A stretch of 64,000 nucleotides of DNA. It comes from an uncultured Sulfolobales archaeon. Its GTDB lineage: Archaea; Thermoproteota; Thermoprotei_A; Sulfolobales; NBVN01. Below are positions 38,567 through 47,519 of this stretch, in pieces (position 1 is the stretch's first letter; every line of letters starts with the position of its first letter). Location of the stretch: assembly GCA_938045815.1 (NCBI GenBank), contig CALIBI010000008.1:6934-70933 (forward strand). The letters run 5' to 3'. The translations under genes were made by a program, and so were the position numbers. The notes under the pieces are model-generated. The model saw only the letters and a list, made by a program, of their open reading frames with translations. It was not told the DNA's origin and ran no database searches.

Positions 38567-41500
38567 TTGGAGAGTTTGCGTGTCATTAAGAGGAGTGGTG
38601 TTACTGAGTCTTTTAAGCTAGATAAGCTTACTAAGTCTGTTCACCTAGCGATGAGTTCTGCCGGTCTCGATGATCCCTCAGCTATATCTGGAGTTATGGA
38701 TGAGTTAATGTCTGAGATTTTGAAAGTAACAGACAAGCTAACTACGGGTAAGATAGCTGATTTAGTAGAGAAGACCTTTATCGGTAAGGTAGTGTTGGAT
38801 CCTCGGTATGAGTTAGCGGCGCGGCATTACCTCCTTGCAAGAATTTATAATGATGTCTACGGAAAGAACGCGTGGTCTGAGTTTAGTCCTGAGGATTCTC
38901 GGCTGAGTTATTACTCACTAAAAGTTTTGTCAAGTAGGTACTTGCTTAAGGACCCTTCAAGCGGGAGATTCATCGAGACTCCGAAGGGTCTTTTTGAGAG
39001 GGTAGCTAGACATGTAGCTAGTACTGAGACAAAGGATCGTGAGAAGTGGTTTAACGAATTCTATAGGTTAATGAGTGAACTAAGGTTCGTACCGAACTCA
39101 CCAACCTTAATGAATGCCGGAACGAGATTAGGTATACTCTCAGCGTGCTTTGTTCTCCCTGTCAGAGACTCTATGGTGACGCCTGAGGGTGAGGGGATAT
39201 ACGACGCTATCAGAGCTCAAGCTATAGTTTTCCAGCAGGGCGGCGGTACTGGTTTTTCATTCTCTGAGCTCAGACCTGAAGGAGACGTGGTCTCTACTAC
39301 TGCTAGCGTAGCTTCAGGACCTCTCTCATTCATGAAGCTCTTCGACGTAAACACTGATGTGGTAAAGCAGGGAGGGCGTAGAAGAGGAGCTAATATGGGT
39401 GTTCTACAAGTATGGCATCCCGACATAATGAAGTTTATTAAGAGTAAGTCAGGAGAACTTAAAGACAAAGCACTTCAGAACTTCAACATATCGGTGGGTA
39501 TTTACGATTGGTTCTTCAAGCACTTAGCTGAGAATAAGCCAGTGCCCTTGATCAACCCGCGTAAAACTTCCATTGATGGTAGTAACGATTCTAGAAAATA
39601 CGCTGTTGTCTGGGCAAGACACTACATGAGTGAGGAATGGGTTCAGGAGGTCATAATTGATGAGCTTGAAAAACACGGTGGCTCAATACCTCTAGACAAG
39701 TCCATCATAATAACTTGGGATGAGGCTCTCGCGGTAGCGGAGAAAGAAAACGCTATAGTTAGTTGGGAAGATCCTAAAACGATTTTCCAGGAAATAGTTA
39801 AGAATGCCTGGGATTCAGGAGATCCTGGCCTGCTCTTCATAGACACAATTAATAGGAGGCACCCAACCTGGTACGTAGGCAAGATAAACGCTACTAACCC
39901 GTGTGTTGCTGGAGATACTAGAATACTGACGAGAAGAGGGTATGTTAAGATAGGAGATCTCGTAAGAGCTGGTGCTGAAGAAGAGCTAGTGCTCCCGGCA
40001 CAGACTCAACTGTTATACGTGGCTGCGGGTAGTGGGACGGGAACATTAAGTATTAGCGAGCCCGTGATCATTAGGTCTAGGCTGTTTAGTCAGGGTGTTA
40101 AGCCTGTTTACAGGGTTAAGACGGTGGAAGGCTACGAACTTAAAGCAACACCTGATCATAGGCTCGTAGTCCTATCTAAAGATAAATGCCTTAGCTGTGA
40201 AGAACTTCCAGAACATATAGCGAAAACGTTGCTAGGATTCTTAAATGAAGAAAATGGGCATTATAGTGTTGTATGGAAGAGAGTAGATCAACTCAAACCC
40301 GGAGACCTCATACTAGTGGGTGGAGTAGCCATAGATAAGTTAGGCAATGAGTTCGGGGAAACCAGCATAGGGGAGGATATAGCTTTTCTTTTAGGCTGGC
40401 TTGCTGGAGCCGGGCACATCAGGATCAGAAGTAATAACGAGTATGTGGTGTGGTATTTCAACTCAGACATTGATGGGGGTTTAGTGCAGGAAATCATAGA
40501 AATACTTAGAGATAGGTTTTCAGACGCTAGAATAGGGATACACCACAGAGAAAACATATCCAAAGTTGTGGTGAGATCAAAATACGCCGTCTCATATCTC
40601 GCTAAACTAGCTCCAGAATTAATTAATAAGATGCCTAGCGAACTAGTAGTACCTGAGGTAGTGTATAGGTTAAAACCAAGAGAAATCGTGAGATTTCTTA
40701 AGGGGCTTTTCATTGCAAGCAAGGCGGTAGATAGAGGTTCTGTCATAAGATTAACTTCAGCTTCATTTAAACCATTAAAGAGTGTTCAAGAGCTTCTCTT
40801 GTTATTCGGTATCATGTCGAGAATACGTGAGCACGGGAACGAAGGTGGTGAGCTCCTCATAGAAGGGAATAGTAGAGAGATCTTCATAGAAAAGATAGGG
40901 TTTATTAGCAGCAGAACAGAACCAACTATTTTCAGAGAGGTTAGAACAGATCCGCCTCTAGCTACTTTAGATAGTGTTGAGTACTTGGGTGAAGAGGAAG
41001 TATTTGATACGGAGGTGCCCGGATATCACTACTACGTTGCTGGCGGCTTTATAAGCCATAACTGTGGGGAAGAACCACTCCTAGAGTGGGAGTCATGTAA
41101 TCTTGGAAGTCTTAATCTGGAGAAGTACGTAGTGTATATTGACGGTAAACCCACTATTGATTGGACAGGGTTAGGTCGTGACGTGAGAGTTGCTGTGCGA
41201 TTTTTAGATAATGTGATAGATGTTGCTAAGTGGCCGTTACCTCAATTAGAGAGAGCAACTAAGCGTACTAGAAAAGTTGGTTTAGGTGTTATGGGCTGGG
41301 CTCACATGCTCGTAAGGCTGGGCATCCCGTTCGACTCTGTTGATGCGTTGTATCTAGCTTACTACCTGAGTGAGTGGATAGCCTACAATGCTTACAAAGC
41401 CTCGATAGAGTTAGCTGCTGAGAAAGGAACGTTTCCTGCATGGAATCCCGAGCTCTATAGACCTTTCTGGCTGACTACTAAGTCTTTCGATGAGTTACTC

Positions 41501-42307
41501 GAGATAGCAGGCATTGAGCCTAGAGTTTCAGAACGTATTAAGACGCTCGTTAAGATGAGACCTCAGGTTAATTGGAGCGAGCTACGTGAGGAGATGATTA
41601 GGTATGGGTTGAGGAACGCCGCATTACTTTCTATAGCTCCGACCGGAACTATCTCAATAATAGCTGGAACTTCATCATCTATAGAGCCTGTATTTGCTTT
41701 AGCGTTCACTCGAGTAGTTACTGTAGGTACATTCATTGAGGTCAATACATTATTCCTCGACGCTCTAAGAGAGTACGGTCTTGATGACCCAGAAGTTATT
41801 AATCTAATAGCTGAGTCAGGCTCTATTAGACATAACCCATACATGCCTAAGAAGCTTAAAGAGATATTCGTGACCGCCCACGATATCGAGCCTTCGTGGC
41901 ACGTACTACATCAAGCTATGTGGCAACAATGGGTTGATGCTGGAGTAAGCAAGACTGTTAATATGAGAGCTGAGGTCAGCGTAGATGACGTGAGAAACGT
42001 GTACCTACTTGCTTGGAAACTTGGTTGTAAAGGAATAACAATTTATAGAGATAAGAGTAAGACACAGCAAGTCATATATTTCGGTGCTAAGCTGACACGC
42101 AGAATGGCTAGAGAAAGAAAAGCTGAAGGAGTTGCTGAAGTCACGCCAGAAACTACGCGTAAAGAAAGCGAAGCTGCAGAAAGCACCTCAAGAACCAGCG
42201 AATCTACTTTAGAAGTTGATAGAAAAACTCAAGCAAGATATAGAATCGCTACTAGGTACGCTCTCCAGGAAGACGAGATAGGAGGTTGCTTCACGTGCGA
42301 GTATTAA
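38567..42307 (+). CDS. nrdJ: class II (adenosylcobalamin-dependent) ribonucleotide reductase with ATP-cone, interrupted by one intein
   Basis: ATP-cone start ([11 protein letters not shown]). The catalytic ATNP-C-GEEPL...CNLGSLNL is split by the intein. C-terminal redox pair CFTCEY. The mature extein is about 859 aa. Confidence 0.9.
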   Translation: MESLRVIKRSGVTESFKLDKLTKSVHLAMSSAGLDDPSAISGVMDELMSEILKVTDKLTTGKIADLVEKTFIGKVVLDPRYELAARHYLLARIYNDVYGKNAWSEFSPEDSRLSYYSLKVLSSRYLLKDPSSGRFIETPKGLFERVARHVASTETKDREKWFNEFYRLMSELRFVPNSPTLMNAGTRLGILSACFVLPVRDSMVTPEGEGIYDAIRAQAIVFQQGGGTGFSFSELRPEGDVVSTTASVASGPLSFMKLFDVNTDVVKQGGRRRGANMGVLQVWHPDIMKFIKSKSGELKDKALQNFNISVGIYDWFFKHLAENKPVPLINPRKTSIDGSNDSRKYAVVWARHYMSEEWVQEVIIDELEKHGGSIPLDKSIIITWDEALAVAEKENAIVSWEDPKTIFQEIVKNAWDSGDPGLLFIDTINRRHPTWYVGKINATNPCVAGDTRILTRRGYVKIGDLVRAGAEEELVLPAQTQLLYVAAGSGTGTLSISEPVIIRSRLFSQGVKPVYRVKTVEGYELKATPDHRLVVLSKDKCLSCEELPEHIAKTLLGFLNEENGHYSVVWKRVDQLKPGDLILVGGVAIDKLGNEFGETSIGEDIAFLLGWLAGAGHIRIRSNNEYVVWYFNSDIDGGLVQEIIEILRDRFSDARIGIHHRENISKVVVRSKYAVSYLAKLAPELINKMPSELVVPEVVYRLKPREIVRFLKGLFIASKAVDRGSVIRLTSASFKPLKSVQELLLLFGIMSRIREHGNEGGELLIEGNSREIFIEKIGFISSRTEPTIFREVRTDPPLATLDSVEYLGEEEVFDTEVPGYHYYVAGGFISHNCGEEPLLEWESCNLGSLNLEKYVVYIDGKPTIDWTGLGRDVRVAVRFLDNVIDVAKWPLPQLERATKRTRKVGLGVMGWAHMLVRLGIPFDSVDALYLAYYLSEWIAYNAYKASIELAAEKGTFPAWNPELYRPFWLTTKSFDELLEIAGIEPRVSERIKTLVKMRPQVNWSELREEMIRYGLRNAALLSIAPTGTISIIAGTSSSIEPVFALAFTRVVTVGTFIEVNTLFLDALREYGLDDPEVINLIAESGSIRHNPYMPKKLKEIFVTAHDIEPSWHVLHQAMWQQWVDAGVSKTVNMRAEVSVDDVRNVYLLAWKLGCKGITIYRDKSKTQQVIYFGAKLTRRMARERKAEGVAEVTPETTRKESEAAESTSRTSESTLEVDRKTQARYRIATRYALQEDEIGGCFTCEY
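39902..41062 (+). mobile_element. intein (387 aa) with LAGLIDADG homing-endonuclease domain, inserted at the RNR catalytic Cys
   Basis: Begins CVAGDTRIL (block A Cys1) and ends FISHN followed by extein Cys+1 (HN/C). Internal LAGLIDADG-type blocks are [12 protein letters not shown] and [12 protein letters not shown]. Both junctions are in frame with 38567. Confidence 0.85.
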
Positions 42308-42322
42308 TCAGACACCCACTCT

Positions 42323-43102
42323 TTACTCTTTCTCGCTTTCCGTACTGTCTTCTAATTCCCTCAGTATCCTCATATACTCCTCCTTCTTAATTTTCTTTAG
42401 GTATTCTCTTCTTGAGTGTTCTAGTATTTTCTCTAGTAACTGATCCTCGTAAGGCACACCTATGAACTCTACCTCACCATTTACCGCGATAGTTGGAACT
42501 GACATAACTCCATACTTATCCGCTATGTCTGGATTCTCGTAAGCTTCTATAATGTCAGCCGTAACTAGCCTGCTTCCCGACCTATACGACTCAAAAGCAA
42601 ACATATTTGCTAATAGGGCTGCATAAGGGCAGTAAGGACATGTCGGCGTAACTATAACATCTATCTTAACGGGAGCCTTCAGGTTCGCTAGCTCCCTCAC
42701 CGCATGCTCGTTTAATCCTGAGTCCCCAGCACTTAACCTAATTAAAGTCTCAATTAATCCCCTAATCTCTTCACCTGCCGGCATTCCAGTATACTTTATG
42801 TGCCCCTCAATCATTAAAACCGTGGGGACTCTTGATACATTATACTTCTTGAAGAACCCTTCCGCGTCCGCCTCCCTCTTCACGATCTTATGTCTTATTA
42901 GACTAGACCCACCTACCTTAGGACTAACACTCGATAAGGTCTCAATAAGTCTTACGGTGTTGGTGCAGTACCTGCAAGCACTCTCGACGAAGGTATATAC
43001 TTCGACAGGCTCCTTCATGTCTTTTAGCGTAGCTTCAAGCTCTTCTAAGTCTTCCTTACTTATACTAACCTTAAACATCTCATCAATCCACTCATACCCC
43101 AT
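42323..43102 (-). CDS. protein disulfide oxidoreductase (two thioredoxin folds, PDO family)
   Basis: Two CxxC sites (CRYC and CPYC) in tandem thioredoxin-like units, collinear with recalled Pyrococcus PDO. ATG 43102 is preceded by GGAGG; the track ORF extends to 43138. Confidence 0.85.
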   Translation of the reverse strand: MGYEWIDEMFKVSISKEDLEELEATLKDMKEPVEVYTFVESACRYCTNTVRLIETLSSVSPKVGGSSLIRHKIVKREADAEGFFKKYNVSRVPTVLMIEGHIKYTGMPAGEEIRGLIETLIRLSAGDSGLNEHAVRELANLKAPVKIDVIVTPTCPYCPYAALLANMFAFESYRSGSRLVTADIIEAYENPDIADKYGVMSVPTIAVNGEVEFIGVPYEDQLLEKILEHSRREYLKKIKKEEYMRILRELEDSTESEKE

Positions 43103-43245
43103 ACTCCAACCTCCCCCTAAAACTAACAATATTTTCAAATTATAAGCTTGTCTATCTTACTAAAACTTAAGGTAGTTTAGTTGAAACGTGGCTACTCATG
43201 ACATAGTTTTTAAGCTCTAGATACTTCTTATCTTAGGTGTAATGA

Positions 43246-43719
43246 GTGACGACAAGTATAGAGATACCTCCTGAGTGGAGGCGCTTCAAGTACAGGGGCA
43301 AGACATTAGAAGAATTGCTTAGTATGTCAATGGATCAATTAATTCAGGTATTGCCTGCAAGAGCTAGGCGGTCATTACTGCGGGAATCTTCTACAGAAAT
43401 AATGCGTAAACGAAGAGAGTACGGAGTTGACGAATCTCCCAGGATAAAGCTACTTAGGGAGATTAGGAAAGCTAGGGAGTTGATGGCTCAGGGCAAGAGT
43501 GTTAGAGTAAGAACACATGTGAGAGATATGGTCATATTACCTGAGATGGTTGGGTTAACGATAGAAGTCTATAACGGGAAAGAATTCGTTCCGGTCAAGA
43601 TAGTACCTGAAATGATAGGTCATTATCTCGGGGAATACGCACCAACTACTAAACACGTAAAGCACGGCGAGCCCGGACTTAAAGCAACTAGATCAACCCT
43701 CTATGTAGCAATGAAGTAA
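43246..43719 (+). CDS. rps19: 30S ribosomal protein uS19 (S19P/S15e)
   Basis: [69 protein letters not shown]. Confidence 0.9.
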   Translation: MTTSIEIPPEWRRFKYRGKTLEELLSMSMDQLIQVLPARARRSLLRESSTEIMRKRREYGVDESPRIKLLREIRKARELMAQGKSVRVRTHVRDMVILPEMVGLTIEVYNGKEFVPVKIVPEMIGHYLGEYAPTTKHVKHGEPGLKATRSTLYVAMK

Positions 43720-43726
43720 TAACTAA

Positions 43727-44107
43727 CTATTTCACAAACCATTTATCTAAGATTCTACTAAATTTTGATGCTTCGTTACTGCTTATTAGAAGCTTTATTT
43801 CTCCTCCCTCGTGGATTATCTCTATAACCACTAGGTTATGCTGCACGTCTTCATCCTTCAGACACTTAAATACGTTAACATCTCTCTTACTGACTCGATA
43901 CTTGTTAATGGATCTAAGCTTCTTCAGCGGTATTTTAAGGATTTTTGATTTCTTGAGTATGTTTAGAGAGTCTAGAGGAAGCTCCCCCTTAACCTTAATT
44001 AAAGACCCTTTAGCTTTAGGACTAATACTAATTTCCAGGACCTCGCCAACCGTATCAACAACTAATTGACACTCATAACAGAACCTATCGACAAAACAAT
44101 ACCCCAA
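43727..44107 (-). CDS. hypothetical protein (126 aa)
   Basis: ORF only. It is the last gene of the phosphorylase / amidohydrolase-like string. Confidence 0.4.
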   Translation of the reverse strand: MGYCFVDRFCYECQLVVDTVGEVLEISISPKAKGSLIKVKGELPLDSLNILKKSKILKIPLKKLRSINKYRVSKRDVNVFKCLKDEDVQHNLVVIEIIHEGGEIKLLISSNEASKFSRILDKWFVK

Positions 44108-44164
44108 GAATTTTTTGGTGTTACTTCTTATTACGTATTACCCCCACACAATCTTTCTTAAAAG

Positions 44165-45265
44165 TTATTCGCGGATCAGGTTAGCTAGACGCTTCTTAGC
44201 TTTATTTATGAGGTCATTACCTATAGTCAAGGTTTCACCACCATCTACGAGTATCTCGTCATCAAGTATTACGGTCTCTATTTCTAGGTTACCCTCAACT
44301 ACCGCCTTAATTATTCCACTGAGGTTCTTAGGCAACGGCCAACCGGGAGGTTCCGATGCGTCAAGCATTAATAAGTTTGTTTTTAGGTTTCTTTCTAGCG
44401 GTCCCACGTCATTGAGGCCTATCAACACAGGGTTCCTAACTATTGCTGAGTAAAGCACGTCTATCGGGTGTTTGGAAGTCTTGTATGAGACTTCCCTAAC
44501 TACGTCCCTCATATCGTACGATGGTCTCACACCCACACCTAGCCCTTCCTCAGGTTTCCACTCACTTAGCTGAGGTCCCCACCTAATCACGTTGCTTCCA
44601 GAACCCTTCGAAGGATTCACAAAAACGACTTCCACCCCCTCATAATCACTTACTGTACCGCCAACCTGAAAAATTCTTAGTCTATACTCCTTCGCTAGAG
44701 AGATTATTCTCTCACTCACCTCGTTACACACAGCGATCCCTGCTTTAATCCCCTCAACTTTCTCATGCCACCTACTTAGTAGCAGTCTTAACTCAGCCTC
44801 AGGCGCGAACTCTTCTAAGCCGCAATTAAGTGGCGGTGCTAGAACAACATTAAAACTCAAATCATGAGCTGCTCTAGCAACCTCATCTAAATAAACATCT
44901 ACTACTAAAGCTGTCGTGACCCCCCTAGAAATCAACTCCGCGAAAGCCATAGCAGCAAGAAAATACATATCGATTCTCGTGATCTTCTTTAAGTACTCTA
45001 TATCAGAACTCAAGTCTAGCAAATCCTCCTCATACCTGAGTAGATAGTGCGAGAGATTTGTGAAAGCGCTGCTAAAACCAGGCATGACTAGTCTCTCCTT
45101 CCCGGTGAGGAGTAATTCAGGGTATTTCAGCTCTTCAGGAGGGTCACCGGAACCAACAACAACTACCTTCCCGGAATCTGAGAAAACAAATCCTTCATTT
45201 ATTAGCATTTTCTCCTTCATAGAGAAAGTCAATATTGTTGCGTTACTTACTAAAACCTTAACCAA
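44165..45265 (-). CDS. amidohydrolase-fold protein lacking the HxH metal site (MTA/SAH-deaminase-like paralogue)
   Basis: N-terminal beta-sandwich and LVMPGFSSAFTNL where family members have PGFxNxHxHL. Overall length and order resemble chlorohydrolase/deaminase enzymes. Confidence 0.55.
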   Translation of the reverse strand: MVKVLVSNATILTFSMKEKMLINEGFVFSDSGKVVVVGSGDPPEELKYPELLLTGKERLVMPGFSSAFTNLSHYLLRYEEDLLDLSSDIEYLKKITRIDMYFLAAMAFAELISRGVTTALVVDVYLDEVARAAHDLSFNVVLAPPLNCGLEEFAPEAELRLLLSRWHEKVEGIKAGIAVCNEVSERIISLAKEYRLRIFQVGGTVSDYEGVEVVFVNPSKGSGSNVIRWGPQLSEWKPEEGLGVGVRPSYDMRDVVREVSYKTSKHPIDVLYSAIVRNPVLIGLNDVGPLERNLKTNLLMLDASEPPGWPLPKNLSGIIKAVVEGNLEIETVILDDEILVDGGETLTIGNDLINKAKKRLANLIRE

Positions 45266-45279
45266 AATTAATCACCGCT

Positions 45280-46152
45280 TTATTCACGCCACCCTCGTTT
45301 ACGACCCCTCAAATACCACTCACTCAGAGTACTCGCTGACAAGTAGTTAATCTTTTTCTCTGCTTTTAAATAATCCCACTCCCTCAATATCCTCACCGCC
45401 TCGTTAGCCACCTTAACAGCGTTCTCAACACCTGCTCCAGGAGCAAACTCGTCCGTGACTCTATTAGCTATGACTGCACATACAGCCCCTCCCCTACCAC
45501 CATATATGTTGGCTAGAGTGAATATTGTTGCTGCTTCCATCTCGAAATTAAGTACGTTAATCTCAGCAAGTCTTACATGTATATCAGACCACTGCTTAGG
45601 TAGGTAATTCTTGAATCCTGGTCTCCCCTGCCCGACATAGAATGAGTCACTACTCGCTGTTATCCCAACATGATATCTAACCCCTAGTTCCTCTGCTGCC
45701 TCTATTAAAGCTAAGAGAACATCTAATGAGGCTACGGCAGGATACTCCGGCTCAACATAAATCTTACTAACCCCATCATACCTCACCGCAGCTAACGATA
45801 TTACTAAATCACCTAACTCGATTTCTTCCCTTAAAGCACCGGTAGTTCCGACTCTTATGAACGTATCAGCACCAACTCTCAATAATTCCTCAATAGCTAT
45901 AGCTGTTGCAGGACCCCCTATACCGGTAGAGACAGCTGCTACATCAACACCTCTATACTTACCTACATAAGTAACGTACTCCCTATGCGTGCTTAGCAAT
46001 TTGCTCTCATCCCAAAAACTAGCTATAAGCGGTACTCTGCCCGGGTCACCAGGAAGTAAAACATACCTAGGCACATCACCCTTCCTAACATTTAGGTGGT
46101 ACTGCTTGCCTGACTCATCCACCGGAACTGACGCAGACTTAAAGCCCAACAT
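45280..46152 (-). CDS. PNP/UDP-family nucleoside phosphorylase (MTA/purine or uridine phosphorylase)
   Basis: LPGDPGRV, GIGGPATAIAIEEL, RVGTTGAL, FEMEAATIF. GGTGAT SD 3 nt before the ATG. Confidence 0.8.
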   Translation of the reverse strand: MLGFKSASVPVDESGKQYHLNVRKGDVPRYVLLPGDPGRVPLIASFWDESKLLSTHREYVTYVGKYRGVDVAAVSTGIGGPATAIAIEELLRVGADTFIRVGTTGALREEIELGDLVISLAAVRYDGVSKIYVEPEYPAVASLDVLLALIEAAEELGVRYHVGITASSDSFYVGQGRPGFKNYLPKQWSDIHVRLAEINVLNFEMEAATIFTLANIYGGRGGAVCAVIANRVTDEFAPGAGVENAVKVANEAVRILREWDYLKAEKKINYLSASTLSEWYLRGRKRGWRE

Positions 46153-46533
46153 AAATCACCAAATCTATCCATTAACTTACTCACTAAAAGTTTTATCAAC
46201 GCAGTTAATAGGTTTAGGAACACCGGATTTTATTAAGTGCTTACTTCCCCTACTCACCGCTATAGCTACTCCGCAAACAGTCTCCTAGGACATTTTAATG
46301 CTTCTTCTCTGTTTTCCAGCTACTCATCGAGTCACGACGAAATCTTCAAACATGTCACCTAGATCTAAGAGCGTGATCAAGAAAACGAGTTTCGGCTGTA
46401 ACACGTGTTCTTATGAAACTTGAAGCAGTAGTTTCGTTCTCACTAGAGCATGAGATGAGAATAGAACAACCATGCTAGGAGTAAAACACGGCGTAACGCT
46501 TCTCATGTCTTAACTTAAAAATCGAGCGAGAAG

Positions 46534-46615
46534 TTTACTCCCACTCTTCCTCTTCACCCTCTTCCCACTCTTCCTCCCACCATTCTTCCTCTTCTTCCTC
46601 CCACCACTCTTCCTC
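46534..46615. repeat. 82-nt G-free (plus strand) low-complexity CT/CA tract
   Basis: No G occurs between 46534 and 46615. The tract is built from reiterated CTCTTCC / CCACC units, so the minus strand is C-free GAR/TGG. Confidence 0.9.
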
Positions 46616-46621
46616 GAACAT
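46535..46621 (-). CDS. candidate micro-ORF: 28-aa Glu/Trp peptide MFEEEWWEEEEEEWWEEEWEEGEEEEWE
   Basis: Hand translation of the minus strand. ATG at 46621, TAA at 46535-46537, and an in-frame stop 18 nt upstream of the ATG. GGTG at -8..-11, a TATA-like box at -32..-44, and a T5 run 14-18 nt after the stop. No homologue known to me, so coding status is unproven. Confidence 0.35.
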   Translation of the reverse strand: MFEEEWWEEEEEEWWEEEWEEGEEEEWE

Positions 46622-46652
46622 AGGAACACACCAAGTTTATGTGTGCGAGAGG

Positions 46653-46665
46653 TTTAAAATATTTT
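46653..46665 (-). promoter_or_regulatory. palindromic TATA-like element TTTAAAATATTTT
   Basis: Lies 32-44 nt upstream of the micro-ORF ATG on the minus strand. Being palindromic, it could also fire on the plus strand. Confidence 0.4.
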
Positions 46666-46994
46666 CGATTTCGAAGTAACTTTCGTTTCAATCCTGCGAG
46701 ACTGCGTTGACGCTTCCAGCATTCCTGGAATTCACTACCATCTCCCTTCCTCACATCATTGAGCTTAGGAGTGTTCAGGAGTACCTACCTCAGGAGACTT
46801 CCTCAGGTCTTAAAGCCTCAAATACCTGGAGTAGTTCACACAAACAAACAGAGAACAATAACTCCCGTGAAGATTATCGAAAACCAAAACATTAACGACG
46901 TGTTGGCTAACTCTCTATCTCGTTCTTGATGACATGATCTCCGGCTTAGTTAAACTTATTTGGGGCGCTAACAAAAATTAGTGGATGTTGGGTG

Positions 46995-47264
46995 ATGGAT
47001 TCGGTAACCACTAGGAAATTAAGCGTGGGCAGCAAACCTATGGAAACTTACGTGCTGGTATTCAATAACTACGTAAACCAGGGCGTCAAGAAAATAGTGC
47101 TCTACGGTAGAGGCGATAACATACCTAGAGCAGTAGATCTATATAACCTCATTAGTAAGAGGTTAGGAAAATTGGTAAGACTTTCTAAAGTTGATATAGG
47201 CACTATAGAGTATGGTGGTAAGAGATCTTCCTACATAGAACTCGAACTAGAAATTCTTCGTTAG
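46995..47264 (+). CDS. albA2: chromatin protein Alba (Alba2-type)
   Basis: VLYGRGDNIPRAVDLYNLISKRLGKLVRL...SSYIELELEI is collinear with recalled Sulfolobus Alba2 (GTGREISKAVDVYNSLKDRLG...ISYILLRL). A CAAAAATTA box lies about 20 nt upstream, suggesting a leaderless or short leader. Confidence 0.8.
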   Translation: MDSVTTRKLSVGSKPMETYVLVFNNYVNQGVKKIVLYGRGDNIPRAVDLYNLISKRLGKLVRLSKVDIGTIEYGGKRSSYIELELEILR

Positions 47265-47519
47265 TACAGGACTCTTTTCTTGTTAAAGTTTCTAGGGATT
47301 CGCGGGCTTCAAGGATGATGATCGGGGAATTATCAGGGTTTTAAAGTAGTAGTCTAAGTAGTGGCGGCAGCACCCTAAACCACCAGAGAGTAACCTTTCT
47401 AGTACGTAGTGATTCAGTCGAGCTATACAGTTGTTCACGACCCTAGAGAGTTAATGTAGTTCATGAACACGAACAAGCACTAAGGAATATCTAGGGATGA
47501 CAGCAGTCAAAACTTAACA

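Noticed and set aside
43246-43719. uS19 encoded alone with an extra segment of about 15-18 aa ([19 protein letters not shown])
   Set aside because: The insertion is a loop-length difference judged only from remembered sequences, and stand-alone placement may be normal for the lineage. Not enough for a finding.
46554-46754. 66-aa minus-strand ORF with an Arg/Gly-rich tail (RGRVVGGRRGRMVGGRVGRG)
   Set aside because: This is an alternative frame of the same G-free tract. It would have to start upstream of, and read through, the TATA-like element, and it has no SD. The Glu/Trp frame has the proper gene punctuation. It cannot be fully excluded without expression data.
46707-46895. 62-aa plus-strand ORF in the long spacer
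   Set aside because: No SD or TATA at a suitable distance, and low-complexity composition unlike the neighbouring genes.
47310-47370. GGAUGAUGAU C-box-like sequence in the alba2-ABCE1 spacer
   Set aside because: No D or D' box (CUGA) follows at canonical spacing on either strand. This is probably just a convergent-terminator region (CTTTTCTTGTT after alba2).
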